DNA of 64,000 nucleotides from the human T2T-CHM13v2.0 reference genome, Homo sapiens. The DNA lies in assembly GCF_009914755.1 (NCBI RefSeq), contig NC_060928.1; one strand, given 5' to 3'. The notes beneath the pieces were generated by a model. It saw nothing but the letters and a program-made list of their open reading frames with translations. It was not told the origin of the DNA and made no database searches. Positions 40,901-53,719 of the stretch are shown here, piece after piece. The position numbers and the translations under genes were made by a program. The first letter of the stretch is position 1. The number at the start of each line of letters is the position of its first letter.

Positions 40901-41642
40901 ACCAGAGTTGAACATTTCTGTTACAGAGCAATTTTAAAACACTCTTTTTGTGGAATCTGAAAGTGGATAATTGGATAGCTTTGTGGATTTCGTTGGAAAC
41001 GGGATGACGTATAAAATCTAGAGAGAAGCATTCTCAGGAACTTCTTTCTGATGTTTGCATTCAAGTCACAGAATTGAACATTCCTTTTCATAGTGCAGGT
41101 TTGAAACACTCTTTCTGTAGTATCTGGAAGTGGACATTTCAAGCGCTTTCAGGCCTACGGGGAGAAAGGAAATATCTTCAAATAAAAACTAGACAGAAGG
41201 CTTCTCAGAAACTTATTTGTGATGTGTGTCCTAAACGAACACAGTTGAACCTTTGTTTTGATACAGCATTTTGGAAACACTCCTTTTGTAGGATCTGCAG
41301 GTGGATATTTGGATAGATTTTAAGATTTCGTTGGAAACGGGAGTTTCTTCATAGAAACTCAAGACAGATGCATTCTCAGAAACATCTCTGTGATGTTTAC
41401 ATTCCACTCATAGAGTTGAAAACTTCCTTTCATAGAGCAGGTTTGAAACACTCTTTTTGTAATATTTGGAAGTGGACATTTGCAGCGCTTTGAGGCCTAT
41501 GGTGAAAAAGGAAATATCTTCTCATAAAAACCAGAAACAAGCATTCTCAGAAACTTCTTTTTGATGTGTGTACTCAAGTAACAGAGTTGAACCTTCCTTT
41601 TGACACAGCAGTTTTGAAACAATCTTTTTGTAGAATCTGCAA
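31947..41642 (+). repeat. Three 19-mer HORs (3 x 3232 bp)
   Basis: Anchors at 31947, 35179, 38411 and 41643. All three carry the GTTTACATTCC allele in M19. Confidence 0.95.
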
Positions 41643-44600
41643 GTGGATATTTGGATAGCTTTGAGGATTTCGTTGGAAACGGGATATCTTCATATAAAAT
41701 CTAGACAGAAGCATTCTCAGAAACTTCTTTGTGCTGTATGTCCTCAATTAACAGAGTTGAACCATTGCTTGGATACAGCATTTTGGAAACATTCCTTGAG
41801 TAGAATCTGCAAGTTGATATTTAGATAGATTTGAAGATTTCGTTGGAAAAGGGAATATCTCCATATAAAATCTAGAGGGAAGCATTCTCAGAAACTGCTT
41901 TGTGATGTTTCCATTCAAGTCACAGAGTTGAATATTCCCTTTTATAGAGCACGTTTGAAACACTCTTTCTGCACTATCTGGAAGTGGACATTTCGAGCGC
42001 TTTGAGGCCTATGGTGAAAAAGGAAATATCTTCCCATAAAAACTAGACAGAAGCATTCTCAGAAACTTGTTTGTGATGTGTGTATTCAACTAACAGAGTT
42101 GAACTTTTGTTTTTACAGAGCCGTTTTAAAACACTCTTTTTGTGGAATCAGAAAGTGGATATTCGGATGGCTCTGAGGATTTCGTTGGAAGCGGGATTAC
42201 ATATAAAATCTAGAGAGAAGCATTCTCAGGAACTTCTTTGTGATGTTTGCATTGAAGTCACAGAATTGAACATTCACTTTGATAGAGCAGGTTTGAAACA
42301 CTCATTCTGTAGTATCTGGAAGTGGACATTTCAAGCGCTTTCAGGCCTATGGTGAGAAAGGAAATATCTTCGAATAAAAACTAGACAGAAGCATCCTCAG
42401 AAACTTATTTGTGATGTGTGTCCTCAACTAACAGAGTTGAAACTTTGTTTTGATACAGCATTTTGGAAACACTCCTTTTGTAGAATCTGCAGGTGGATAT
42501 GTGGATAGCTCTGAAGATTTCGTTGGAAACGGGAATTTCTTCATATAAAATCAAACAGAAGCATTCTCAGAAACTTCTCAGTGATGTTTGCATTCAGCTC
42601 ATGGAGTTGAACACTTCCTTTCATAGAGCCGGTTTGAAACACTCTTTCTGCACTACCTGGAAGAGGACATTTCGAGCGCTTTGAGTCCTATGGTGAAAAA
42701 GGAAATATCTTCTCATAAAAACCAGAAAGAAGCATTCTCAGAAACTTCTTTGTGTTGTGTGTACTCATGTAACAGTGTTGAACCATCCTTTTGACAGAGC
42801 AGTTTTGAAACACTCTTTTTGTAGAATCTGCAAGTGGATATTTGGATAGATTTGAGGATTTCGTTGGAAACGGGATGACATATAATATCTAGAGAGAAGC
42901 ATTCTCAGGAACTTCTTTGTGATGTTTGCATTCAAGTCACAGAATTGAACATTCCCTTTCATAGAGCAGATTTGAAACACTCTTTCTCCAGTATCTGGAA
43001 GTGGGCATTTCAAGCGCTTTCAGGCCTATGGAGAGAAAGGAAATACCTTCAAATAAAAACTAGACAGAAGCATTCTCAGAAACTTATTTGTGATGTGTGT
43101 CCTCAACTAACAGAGTTGAACCTTTGTTTTGATACAGTATTTTGGAAACACTCCTTTTGTAGAATCTGCAGGTGGATATTTGGATAGCTTTGAAGATTTC
43201 GTTGGAAACCGGAATATCTTCATATAAAATCAAGACAGAAGCATTCTCGGAAACATCTCTGTGATGTTTGCATTCAACTCAGTAGAGTTGAACACTTCCT
43301 TTCATAGAGCCGGTTTGAAACACTCTTTCTGCACTACCTGGAAGCGGACATTTCGAGCGCTTTGAGGCCTATGGTGAAAAAGGAAATATCTTCTCATAAA
43401 AACCAGAAAGAAGCATTCTCAGAAACTTCTTTGTGTTGTGTGTACTCAAGTAACAGTGTTGAACCTTCCTTTTGACACAGCAGTTTTGAAACACTCTTTT
43501 GGTAGAATCTGCAAGTGGATATTTGGATAGCTTTGAGGATTTCGTTGGAAACGGGTTATCTTCATATAAAATCCAGACAGGAGCATTCTCAGAAACTTCT
43601 TTGTGCTGCATGTCCTCAATTCACAGAGCTGAACCTTTGTTTGGATACAGCATTTTGGAAACATTCCTTTAGTAGAATCTGCAAGTTGATATTTAGATAG
43701 CTTTGAAGATTTCGTTGGAAACGGGAATATCTTCATAGAAAATCTAGACGGAAGCATTCTCAGAAACTGCTTTGTGATGTTTGCATTCAAGTCACAGAGT
43801 TGAATATTCCCTTTTATAGAGTAGGTTTGAAACACTCTTTCGGCACTACCTGGAAGTGGATATTTCGAGCTCTTTGAGGCCTATGGTTAAAAGGAAATAT
43901 CTTCCCATAAAAACTAGACAGAAGCCGTCTCAGAAACTTGTTTGTGATGTGTGTATTCAACTAACAGAGTTGAACATTTCTGTTACAGAGCAATTTTAAA
44001 ACACTCTTTTTGTGGAATCTGAAAGTGGATAATTGGATAGCTTTGTGGATTTCGTTGGAAACGGGATGACGTATAAAATCTAGAGAGAAGCATTCTCAGG
44101 AACTTCTTTCTGATGTTTGCATTCAAGTCACAGAATTGAACATTCCTTTTCATAGTGCAGGTTTGAAACACTCTTTCTGTAGTATCTGGAAGTGGACATT
44201 TCAAGCGCTTTCAGGCCTACGGGGAGAAAGGAAATATCTTCAAATAAAAACTAGACAGAAGGATTCTCAGAAACTTATTTGTGATGTGTGTCCTAAACGA
44301 ACACAGTTGAACCTTTGTTTTGATACAGCATTTTGGAAACACTCCTTTTGTAGGATCTGCAGGTGGATATTTGGATAGATTTTAAGATTTCGTTGGAAAC
44401 GGGAGTTTCTTCATAGAAACTCAAGACAGATGCATTCTCGGAAACATCTCTGTGATGTTTGCATTCCACTCATAGATTTGAAAACTTCCTTTCATAGAGC
44501 AGGTTTGAAACACTCTTTTTGTAATATTTGGAAGTGGACATTTGCAGCGCTTTGAGGCCTATGGTGAAAAAGGAAATATCTTCTCATAAAAACCAGAAAC

Positions 44601-44704
44601 AAGCATTCTCAGAAACTTCTTTTTGATGTGTGTACTCAAGTAACAGAGTTGAACCTTCCTTTTGACACAGCAGTTTTGAAACAATCTTTTTGTAGAATCT
44701 GCAA
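41643..44704 (+). repeat. 18-mer HOR variant (3062 bp; one monomer deleted, hybrid M6/M7)
   Basis: Anchor spacing 3062 = 3232-170. M6-type GAAACTTTGTTTT (42442-42446) runs into M7-type ACTCCTTTT..GATATGTGG (from 42475). Confidence 0.94.
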
Positions 44705-47255
44705 GTGGATATTTGGATAGCTTTGAGGATTTCGTTGGAAACGGGATATCTTCATATAAAATCTAGACAGAAGCATTCTCAGAAACTTCTTTGTGCTGTA
44801 TGTCCTCAATTAACAGAGTTGAACCATTGCTTGGATACAGCATTTTGGAAACATTCCTTGAGTAGAATCTGCAAGTTGATATTTAGATAGATTTGAAGAT
44901 TTCGTTGGAAAAGGGAATATCTCCATATAAAATCTAGAGGGAAGCATTCTCAGAAACTGCTTTGTGATGTTTCCATTCAAGTCACAGAGTTGAATATTCC
45001 CTTTTATAGAGCACGTTTGAAACACTCTTTCTGCACTATCTGGAAGTGGACATTTCGAGCGCTTTGAGGCCTATGGTGAAAAAGGAAATATCTTCCCATA
45101 AAAACTAGACAGAAGCATTCTCAGAAACTTGTTTGTGATGTGTGTATTCAACTAACAGAGTTGAACTTTTGTTTTTACAGAGCCGTTTTAAAACACTCTT
45201 TTTGTGGAATCAGAAAATGGATATTCGGATGGCTCTGAGGATTTCGTTGGAAGCGGGATTACATATAAAATCTAGAGAGAAGCATTCTCAGGAACTTCTT
45301 TGTGATGTTTGCATTGAAGTCACAGAATTGAACATTCACTTTGATAGAGCAGGTTTGAAACACTCATTCTGTAGTATCTGGAAGTGGACATTTCAAGCGC
45401 TTTCAGGCCTATGGTGAGAAAGGAAATATCTTCGAATAAAAACTAGACAGAAGCATCCTCAGAAACTTATTTGTGATGTGTGTCCTCAACTAACAGAGTT
45501 GAAACTTTGTTTTGATACAGCATTTTGGAAACACTCTTTTTGTAGAATCTGCAGGTGGATATTTGGATAGCTTAGAGGGATTCGTTGGAAAGGGGATATC
45601 TTCATATAAAATCTAAACAGAAGCATTCTCAGAAACTTATTTGTGATGTGTGTCCTCAACTAACAGAGTTGAACCTTGGTTTTGATACAGCATTTTGGAA
45701 ACACTCCTTTTGTAGAATCTGCAGGTGGATATGTGGATAGCTCTGAAGATTTCGTTGGAAACGGGAATTTCTTCATATAAAATCAAACAGAAGCATTCTC
45801 AGAAACTTCTCAGTGATGTTTGCATTCAGCTCATGGAGTTGAACACTTCCTTTCATAGAGCCGGTTTGAAACACTCTTTCTGCACTACCTGGAAGAGGAC
45901 ATTTCGAGCGCTTTGAGGCCTATGGTGAAAAAGGAAATATCTTCTCATAAAAACCAGAAAGAAGCATTCTCAGAAACTTCTTTGTGTTGTGTGTACTCAA
46001 GTAACTGTGTTGAACCTTCCTTTTGACACAGCAGTTTTGAAACACTCTTTTGGTAGAATCTGCAAGTGGATATTTGGATAGCTTTGAGGATTTCGTTGGA
46101 AACGGGTTATCTTCATATAAAATCCAGACAGGAGCATTCTCAGAAACTTCTTTGTGCTGCATGTCCTCAATTCACAGAGCTGAACCTTTGTTTGGATACA
46201 GCATTTTGGAAACATTCCTTTAGTAGAATCTGCAAGTTGATATTTAGATAGCTTTGAAGATTTCGTTGGAAACGGGAATATCTTCATAGAAAATCTAGAC
46301 GGAAGCATTCTCAGAAACTGCTTTGTGATGTTTGCATTCAAGTCACAGAGTTGAATATTCCCTTTTATAGAGTAGGTTTGAAACACTCTTTTGGCACTAC
46401 CTGGAAGTGGATATTTCGAGCTCTTTGAGGCCTATGGTTAAAAGGAAATATCTTCCCATAAAAACTAGACAGAAGCCGTCTCAGAAACTTGTTTGTGATG
46501 TGTGTATTCAACTAACAGAGTTGAACATTTCTGTTACAGAACAATTTTAAAACACTCTTTTTGTGGAATCTGAAAGTGGATAATTGGATAGCTTTGTGGA
46601 TTTCGTTGGAAACGGGATGACGTATAAAATCTAGAGAGAAGCATTCTCAGGAACTTCTTTCTGATGTTTGCATTCAAGTCACAGAATTGAACATTCCTTT
46701 TCATAGTGCAGGTTTGAAACACTCTTTCTGTAGTATCTGGAAGTGGACATTTCAAGCGCTTTCAGGCCTACGGGGAGAAAGGAAATATCTTCAAATAAAA
46801 ACTAGACAGAAGGATTCTCAGAAACTTATTTGTGATGTGTGTCCTAAACGAACACAGTTGAACCTTTGTTTTGATACAGCATTTTGGAAACACTCCTTTT
46901 GTAGGATCTGCAGGTGGATATTTGGATAGATTTTAAGATTTCGTTGGAAACGGGAGTTTCTTCATAGAAACTCAAGACAGATGCATTCTCAGAAACATCT
47001 CTGTGATGTTTGCATTCCACTCATAGAGTTGAAAACTTCCTTTCATAGAGCAGGTTTGAAACACTCTTTTTGTAATATTTGGAAGTGGACATTTGCAGCG
47101 CTTTGAGGCCTATGGTGAAAAAGGAAATATCTTCTCATAAAAACCAGAAACAAGCATTCTCAGAAACTTCTTTTTGATGTGTGTACTCAAGTAACAGAGT
47201 TGAACCTTCCTTTTGACACAGCAGTTTTGAAACAATCTTTTTGTAGAATCTGCAA
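44705..47255 (+). repeat. 15-mer HOR variant (2551 bp)
   Basis: Anchor spacing 2551. M8-type GGAAGAGGAC (45896) is followed by M12-type GAGGCC (45918) and then M13. Confidence 0.94.
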
Positions 47256-50200
47256 GTGGATATTTGGATAGCTTTGAGGATTTCGTTGGAAACGGGATAT
47301 CTTCATATAAAATCTAGACAGAAGCATTCTCAGAAACTTCTTTGTGCTGTATGTCCTCAATTAACAGAGTTGAACCATTGCTTGGATACAGCATTTTGGA
47401 AACATTCCTTGAGTAGAATCTGCAAGTTGATATTTAGATAGATTTGAAGATTTCGTTGGAAAAGGGAATATCTCCATATAAAATCTAGAGGGAAGCATTC
47501 TCAGAAACTGCTTTGTGATGTTTCCATTCAAGTCACAGAGTTGAATATTCCCTTTTATAGAGCACGTTTGAAACACTCTTTCTGCACTATCTGGAAGTGG
47601 ACATTTCGAGCGCTTTGAGGCCTATGGTGAAAAAGGAAATATCTTCCCATAAAAACTAGACAGAAGCATTCTCAGAAACTTGTTCGTGATGTGTGTATTC
47701 AACTAACAGAGTTGAACTTTTGTTTTTACAGAGCCGTTTTAAAACACTCTTTTTGTGGAATCAGAAAGTGGATATTCGGATGGCTCTGAGGATTTCGTTG
47801 GAAGCGGGATTACATATAAAATCTAGAGAGAAGCATTCTCAGGAACTTCTTTGTGATGTTTGCATTGAAGTCACAGAATTGAACATTCACTTTGATAGAG
47901 CAGGTTTGAAACACTCATTCTGTAGTATCTGGAAGTGGACATTTCAAGCGCTTTCAGGCCTATGTTGAGAAAGGAAATATCTTCGAATAAAAACTAGACA
48001 GAAGCATCCTCAGAAACTTATTTGTGATGTGTGTCCTCAACTAACAGAGTTGAAACTTTGTTTTGATACAGCATTTTGGAAACACTCTTTTTGTAGAATC
48101 TGCAGGTGGATATTTGGATAGCTTAGAGGGATTCGTTGGAAAGGGGATATCTTCATATAAAATCTAGACAGAATCATTCTCAGAAACTTATTTGTGATGT
48201 GTGTCCTCAACTAACAGAGTTGAACCTTGGTTTTGATACAGCATTTTGGAAACACTCCTTTTGTAGAATCTGCAGGTGGATATGTGGATAGCTCTGAAGA
48301 TTTCGTTGGAAACGGGAATTTCTTCATATAAAATCAAACAGAAGCATTCTCAGAAACTTCTCAGTGATGTTTGCATTCAGCTCATGGAGTTGAACACTTC
48401 CTTTCATAGAGCCGGTTTGAAACACTCTTTCTGCACTACCTGGAAGAGGACATTTCGAGCGCTTTGAGTCCTATGGTGAAAAAGGAAATATCTTCTCATA
48501 AAAACCAGAAAGAAGCATTCTCAGAAACTTCTTTGTGTTGTGTGTACTCATGTAACAGTGTTGAACCATCCTTTTGACAGAGCAGTTTTGAAACACTCTT
48601 TTTGTAGAATCTGCAAGTGGATATTTGGATAGCTTTGAGGATTTCGTTTGAAACGGGATGACATATAATATCTAGAGAGAAGCATTCTCAGGAACTTCTT
48701 TGTGATGTTTGCATTCAAGTCACAGAATTGAACATTACCTTTCATAGAGCAGGTTTGAAACACTCTTTCTCTAGTATCTGGAAGTGGGCATTTCAAGCGC
48801 TTTCAGGCCTATGGAGAGAAAGGAAATACCTTCAAATAAAAACTAGACACAAGCATTCTCAGAAACTTATTTGTGATGTGTGTCCTCAACTAACAGAGTT
48901 GAACCTTTGTTTTGATACAGCATTTTGGAAACACTCCTTTTGTAGAATCTGCAGGTGGATATTTGGATAACTTTGAAGATTTCGTTGGAAACCGGAATAT
49001 CTTCATATAAAATCAAGACAGAAGCATTCTCGGAAACATCTCTGTGATGTTTGCATTCAACTCAGTAGAGTTGAACACTTCCTTTCATAGAGCAGGTTTG
49101 AAACACTCTTTCTGCACTACCTGGAAGCGGACATTTCGAGCGCTTTGAGGCCTATGGTGAAAAAGGAAATATCTTCTCATAAAAACCAGAAAGAAGCATT
49201 CTCAGAAACTTCTTTGTGTTGTGTGTACTCAAGTAACAGTGTTGAACCTTCCTTTTGACACAGCAGTTTTGAAACACTCTTTTGGTAGAATCTGCAAGTG
49301 GATATTTGGATAGCTTTGAGGATTTCGTTGGAAACGGGTTATCTTCATATAAAATCCAGACAGGAGCATTCTCAGAAACTTCTTTGTGCTGCATGTCCTC
49401 AATTCACAGAGCTGAACCTTTGTTTGGATACAGCATTTTGGAAACATTCCTTTAGTAGAATCTGCAAGTTGATATTTAGATAGCTTTGAAGATTTCGTTG
49501 GAAACGGGAATATCTTCATAGAAAATCTAGACGGAAGCATTCTCAGAAACTGCTTTGTGATGTTTGCATTCAAGTCACAGAGTTGAATATTCCCTTTTAT
49601 AGAGTAGGTTTGAAACACTCTTTCGGCACTACCTGGAAGTGGATATTTCGAGCTCTTTGAGGCCTATGGTTAAAAGGAAATATCTTCCCATAAAAACTAG
49701 ACAGAAGCCGTCTCAGAAACTTGTTTGTGATGTGTGTATTCAACTACCAGAGTTGAACATTTCTGTTACAGAGCAATTTTAAAACACTCTTTTTGTGGAA
49801 TCTGAAAGTGGATAATTGGATAGCTTTGTGGATTTCGTTGGAAACGGGATGACGTATAAAATCTAGAGAGAAGCATTCTCAGGAACTTCTTTCTGATGTT
49901 TGCATTCAAGTCACAGAATTGAACATTCCTTTTCATAGTGCAGGTTTGAAACACTCTTTCTGTAGTATCTGGAAGTGGACATTTCAAGCGCTTTCAGGCC
50001 TACGGGGAGAAAGGAAATATCTTCAAATAAAAACTAGACAGAAGGATTCTCAGAAACTTATTTGTGATGTGTGTCCTAAACGAACACAGTTGAACCTTTG
50101 TTTTGATACAGCATTTTGGAAACACTCCTTTTGTAGGATCTGCAGGTGGATATTTGGATAGATTTTAAGATTTCGTTGGAAACGGGAGTTTCTTCATAGA

Positions 50201-53200
50201 AACTCAAGACAGATGCATTCTCAGAAACATCTCTGTGATGTTTGCATTCCACTCATAGAGTTGAAAACTTCCTTTCATAGAGCAGGTTTGAAACACTCTT
50301 TTTGTAATATTTGGAAGTGGACATTTGCAGCGCTTTGAGGCCTATGGTGAAAAAGGAAATATCTTCTCATAAAAACCAGAAACAAGCATTCTCAGAAACT
50401 TCTTTTTGATGTGTGTACTCAAGTAACAGAGTTGAACCTTCCTTTTGACACAGCAGTTTTGAAACAATCTTTTTGTAGAATCTGCAAGTGGATATTTGGA
50501 TAGCTTTGAGGATTTCGTTGGAAACGGGATATCTTCATATAAAATCTAGACAGAAGCATTCTCAGAAACTTCTTTGTGCTGTATGTCCTCAATTAACAGA
50601 GTTGAACCATTGCTTGGATACAGCATTTTGGAAACATTCCTTGAGTAGAATCTGCAAGTTGATATTTAGATAGATTTGAAGATTTCGTTGGAAAAGGGAA
50701 TATCTCCATATAAAATCTAGAGGGAAGCATTCTCAGAAACTGCTTTGTGATGTTTCCATTCAAGTCACAGAGTTGAATATTCCCTTTTATAGAGCACGTT
50801 TGAAACACTCTTTCTGCACTATCTGGAAGTGGACATTTCGAGCGCTTTGAGGCCTATGGTGAAAAAGGAAATATCTTCCCATAAAAACTAGACAGAAGCA
50901 TTCTCAGAAACTTGTTCGTGATGTGTGTATTCAACTAACAGAGTTGAACTTTTGTTTTTACAGAGCCGTTTTAAAACACTCTTTTTGTGGAATCAGAAAG
51001 TGGATATTCGGATGGCTCTGAGGATTTCGTTGGAAGCGGGATTACATATAAAATCTAGAGAGAAGCATTCTCAGGAACTTCTTTGTGATGTTTGCATTGA
51101 AGTCACAGAATTGAACATTCACTTTGATAGAGCAGGTTTGAAACACTCATTCTGTAGTATCTGGAAGTGGACATTTCAAGCGCTTTCAGGCCTATGTTGA
51201 GAAAGGAAATATCTTCGAATAAAAACTAGACAGAAGCATCCTCAGAAACTTATTTGTGATGTGTGTCCTCAACTAACAGAGTTGAAACTTTGTTTTGATA
51301 CAGCATTTTGGAAACACTCTTTTTGTAGAATCTGCAGGTGGATATTTGGATAGCTTAGAGGGATTCGTTGGAAAGGGGATATCTTCATATAAAATCTAGA
51401 CAGAATCATTCTCAGAAACTTATTTGTGATGTGTGTCCTCAACTAACAGAGTTGAACCTTGGTTTTGATACAGCATTTTGGAAACACTCCTTTTGTAGAA
51501 TCTGCAGGTGGATATGTGGATAGCTCTGAAGATTTCGTTGGAAACGGGAATTTCTTCATATAAAATCAAACAGAAGCATTCTCAGAAACTTCTCAGTGAT
51601 GTTTGCATTCAGCTCATGGAGTTGAACACTTCCTTTCATAGAGCCGGTTTGAAACACTCTTTCTGCACTACCTGGAAGAGGACATTTCGAGCGCTTTGAG
51701 TCCTATGGTGAAAAAGGAAATATCTTCTCATAAAAACCAGAAAGAAGCATTCTCAGAAACTTCTTTGTGTTGTGTGTACTCATGTAACAGTGTTGAACCA
51801 TCCTTTTGACAGAGCAGTTTTGAAACACTCTTTTTGTAGAATCTGCAAGTGGATATTTGGATAGCTTTGAGGATTTCGTTTGAAACGGGATGACATATAA
51901 TATCTAGAGAGAAGCATTCTCAGGAACTTCTTTGAGATGTTTGCATTCAAGTCACAGAATTGAACATTACCTTTCATAGAGCAGGTTTGAAACACTCTTT
52001 CTCTAGTATCTGGAAGTGGGCATTTCAAGCGCTTTCAGGCCTATGGAGAGAAAGGAAATACCTTCAAATAAAAACTAGACACAAGCATTCTCAGAAACTT
52101 ATTTGTGATGTGTGTCCTCAACTAACAGAGTTGAACCTTTGTTTTGATACAGCATTTTGGAAACACTCCTTTTGTAGAATCTGCAGGTGGATATTTGGAT
52201 AACTTTGAAGATTTCGTTGGAAACCGGAATATCTTCATATAAAATCAAGACAGAAGCATTCTCGGAAACATCTCTGTGATGTTTGCATTCAACTCAGTAG
52301 AGTTGAACACTTCCTTTCATAGAGCAGGTTTGAAACACTCTTTCTGCACTACCTGGAAGCGGACATTTCGAGCGCTTTGAGGCCTATGGTGAAAAAGGAA
52401 ATATCTTCTCATAAAAACCAGAAAGAAGCATTCTCAGAAACTTCTTTGTGTTGTGTGTACTCAAGTAACAGTGTTGAACCTTCCTTTTGACACAGCAGTT
52501 TTGAAACACTCTTTTGGTAGAATCTGCAAGTGGATATTTGGATAGCTTTGAGGATTTCGTTGGAAACGGGTTATCTTCATATAAAATCCAGACAGGAGCA
52601 TTCTCAGAAACTTCTTTGTGCTGCATGTCCTCAATTCACAGAGCTGAACCTTTGTTTGGATACAGCATTTTGGAAACATTCCTTTAGTAGAATCTGCAAG
52701 TTGATATTTAGATAGCTTTGAAGATTTCGTTGGAAACGGGACTATCTTCATAGAAAATCTAGACGGAAGCATTCTCAGAAACTGCTTTGTGATGTTTGCA
52801 TTCAAGTCACAGAGTTGAATATTCCCTTTTATAGAGTAGGTTTGAAACACTCTTTCGGCACTACCTGGAAGTGGATATTTCGAGCTCTTTGAGGCCTATG
52901 GTTAAAAGGAAATATCTTCCCATAAAAACTAGACAGAAGCCGTCTCAGAAACTTGTTTGTGATGTGTGTATTCAACTAACAGAGTTGAACATTTCTGTTA
53001 CAGAGCAATTTTAAAACACTCTTTTTGTGGAATCTGAAAGTGGATAATTGGATAGCTTTGTGGATTTCGTTGGAATCGGGATGACGTATAAAATCTAGAG
53101 AGAAGCATTCTCAGGAACTTCTTTCTGATGTTTGCATTCAAGTCACAGAATTGAACATTCATTTTCATAGTGCAGGTTTGAAACACTCTTTCTGTAGTAT

Positions 53201-53719
53201 CTGGAAGTGGACATTTCAAGCACTTTCAGGCCTACGGGGAGAAAGGAAATATCTTCAAATAAAAACTAGACAGAAGGATTCTCAGAAACTTATTTGTGAT
53301 GTGTGTCCTAAACGAACACAGTTGAACCTTTGTTTTGATACAGCATTTTGGAAACACTCCTTTTGTAGGATCTGCAGGTGGATATTTGGATAGATTTTAA
53401 GATTTCGTTGGAAACGGGAGTTTCTTCATAGAAACTCAAGACAGATGCATTCTCAGAAACATCTCTGTGATGTTTGCATTCCACTCATAGAGTTGAAAAC
53501 TTCCTTTCATAGAGCAGGTTTGAAACACTCTTTTTGTAATATTTGGAAGTGGACATTTGCAGCGCTTTGAGGCCTATGGTGAAAAAGGAAATATCTTCTC
53601 ATAAAAACCAGAAACAAGCATTCTCAGAAACTTCTTTTTGATGTGTGTACTCAAGTAACAGAGTTGAACCTTCCTTTTGACACAGCAGTTTTGAAACAAT
53701 CTTTTTGTAGAATCTGCAA
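47256..53719 (+). repeat. Two 19-mer HORs sharing private SNVs (recent single-HOR duplication)
   Basis: Anchors at 47256, 50488 and 53720. Shared TGTTCGTGAT (47685/50917), TATGTTGAG, CAGAATCATT, TTCGTTTGAAAC, AACATTACC and AGACACAAG. Confidence 0.93.
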
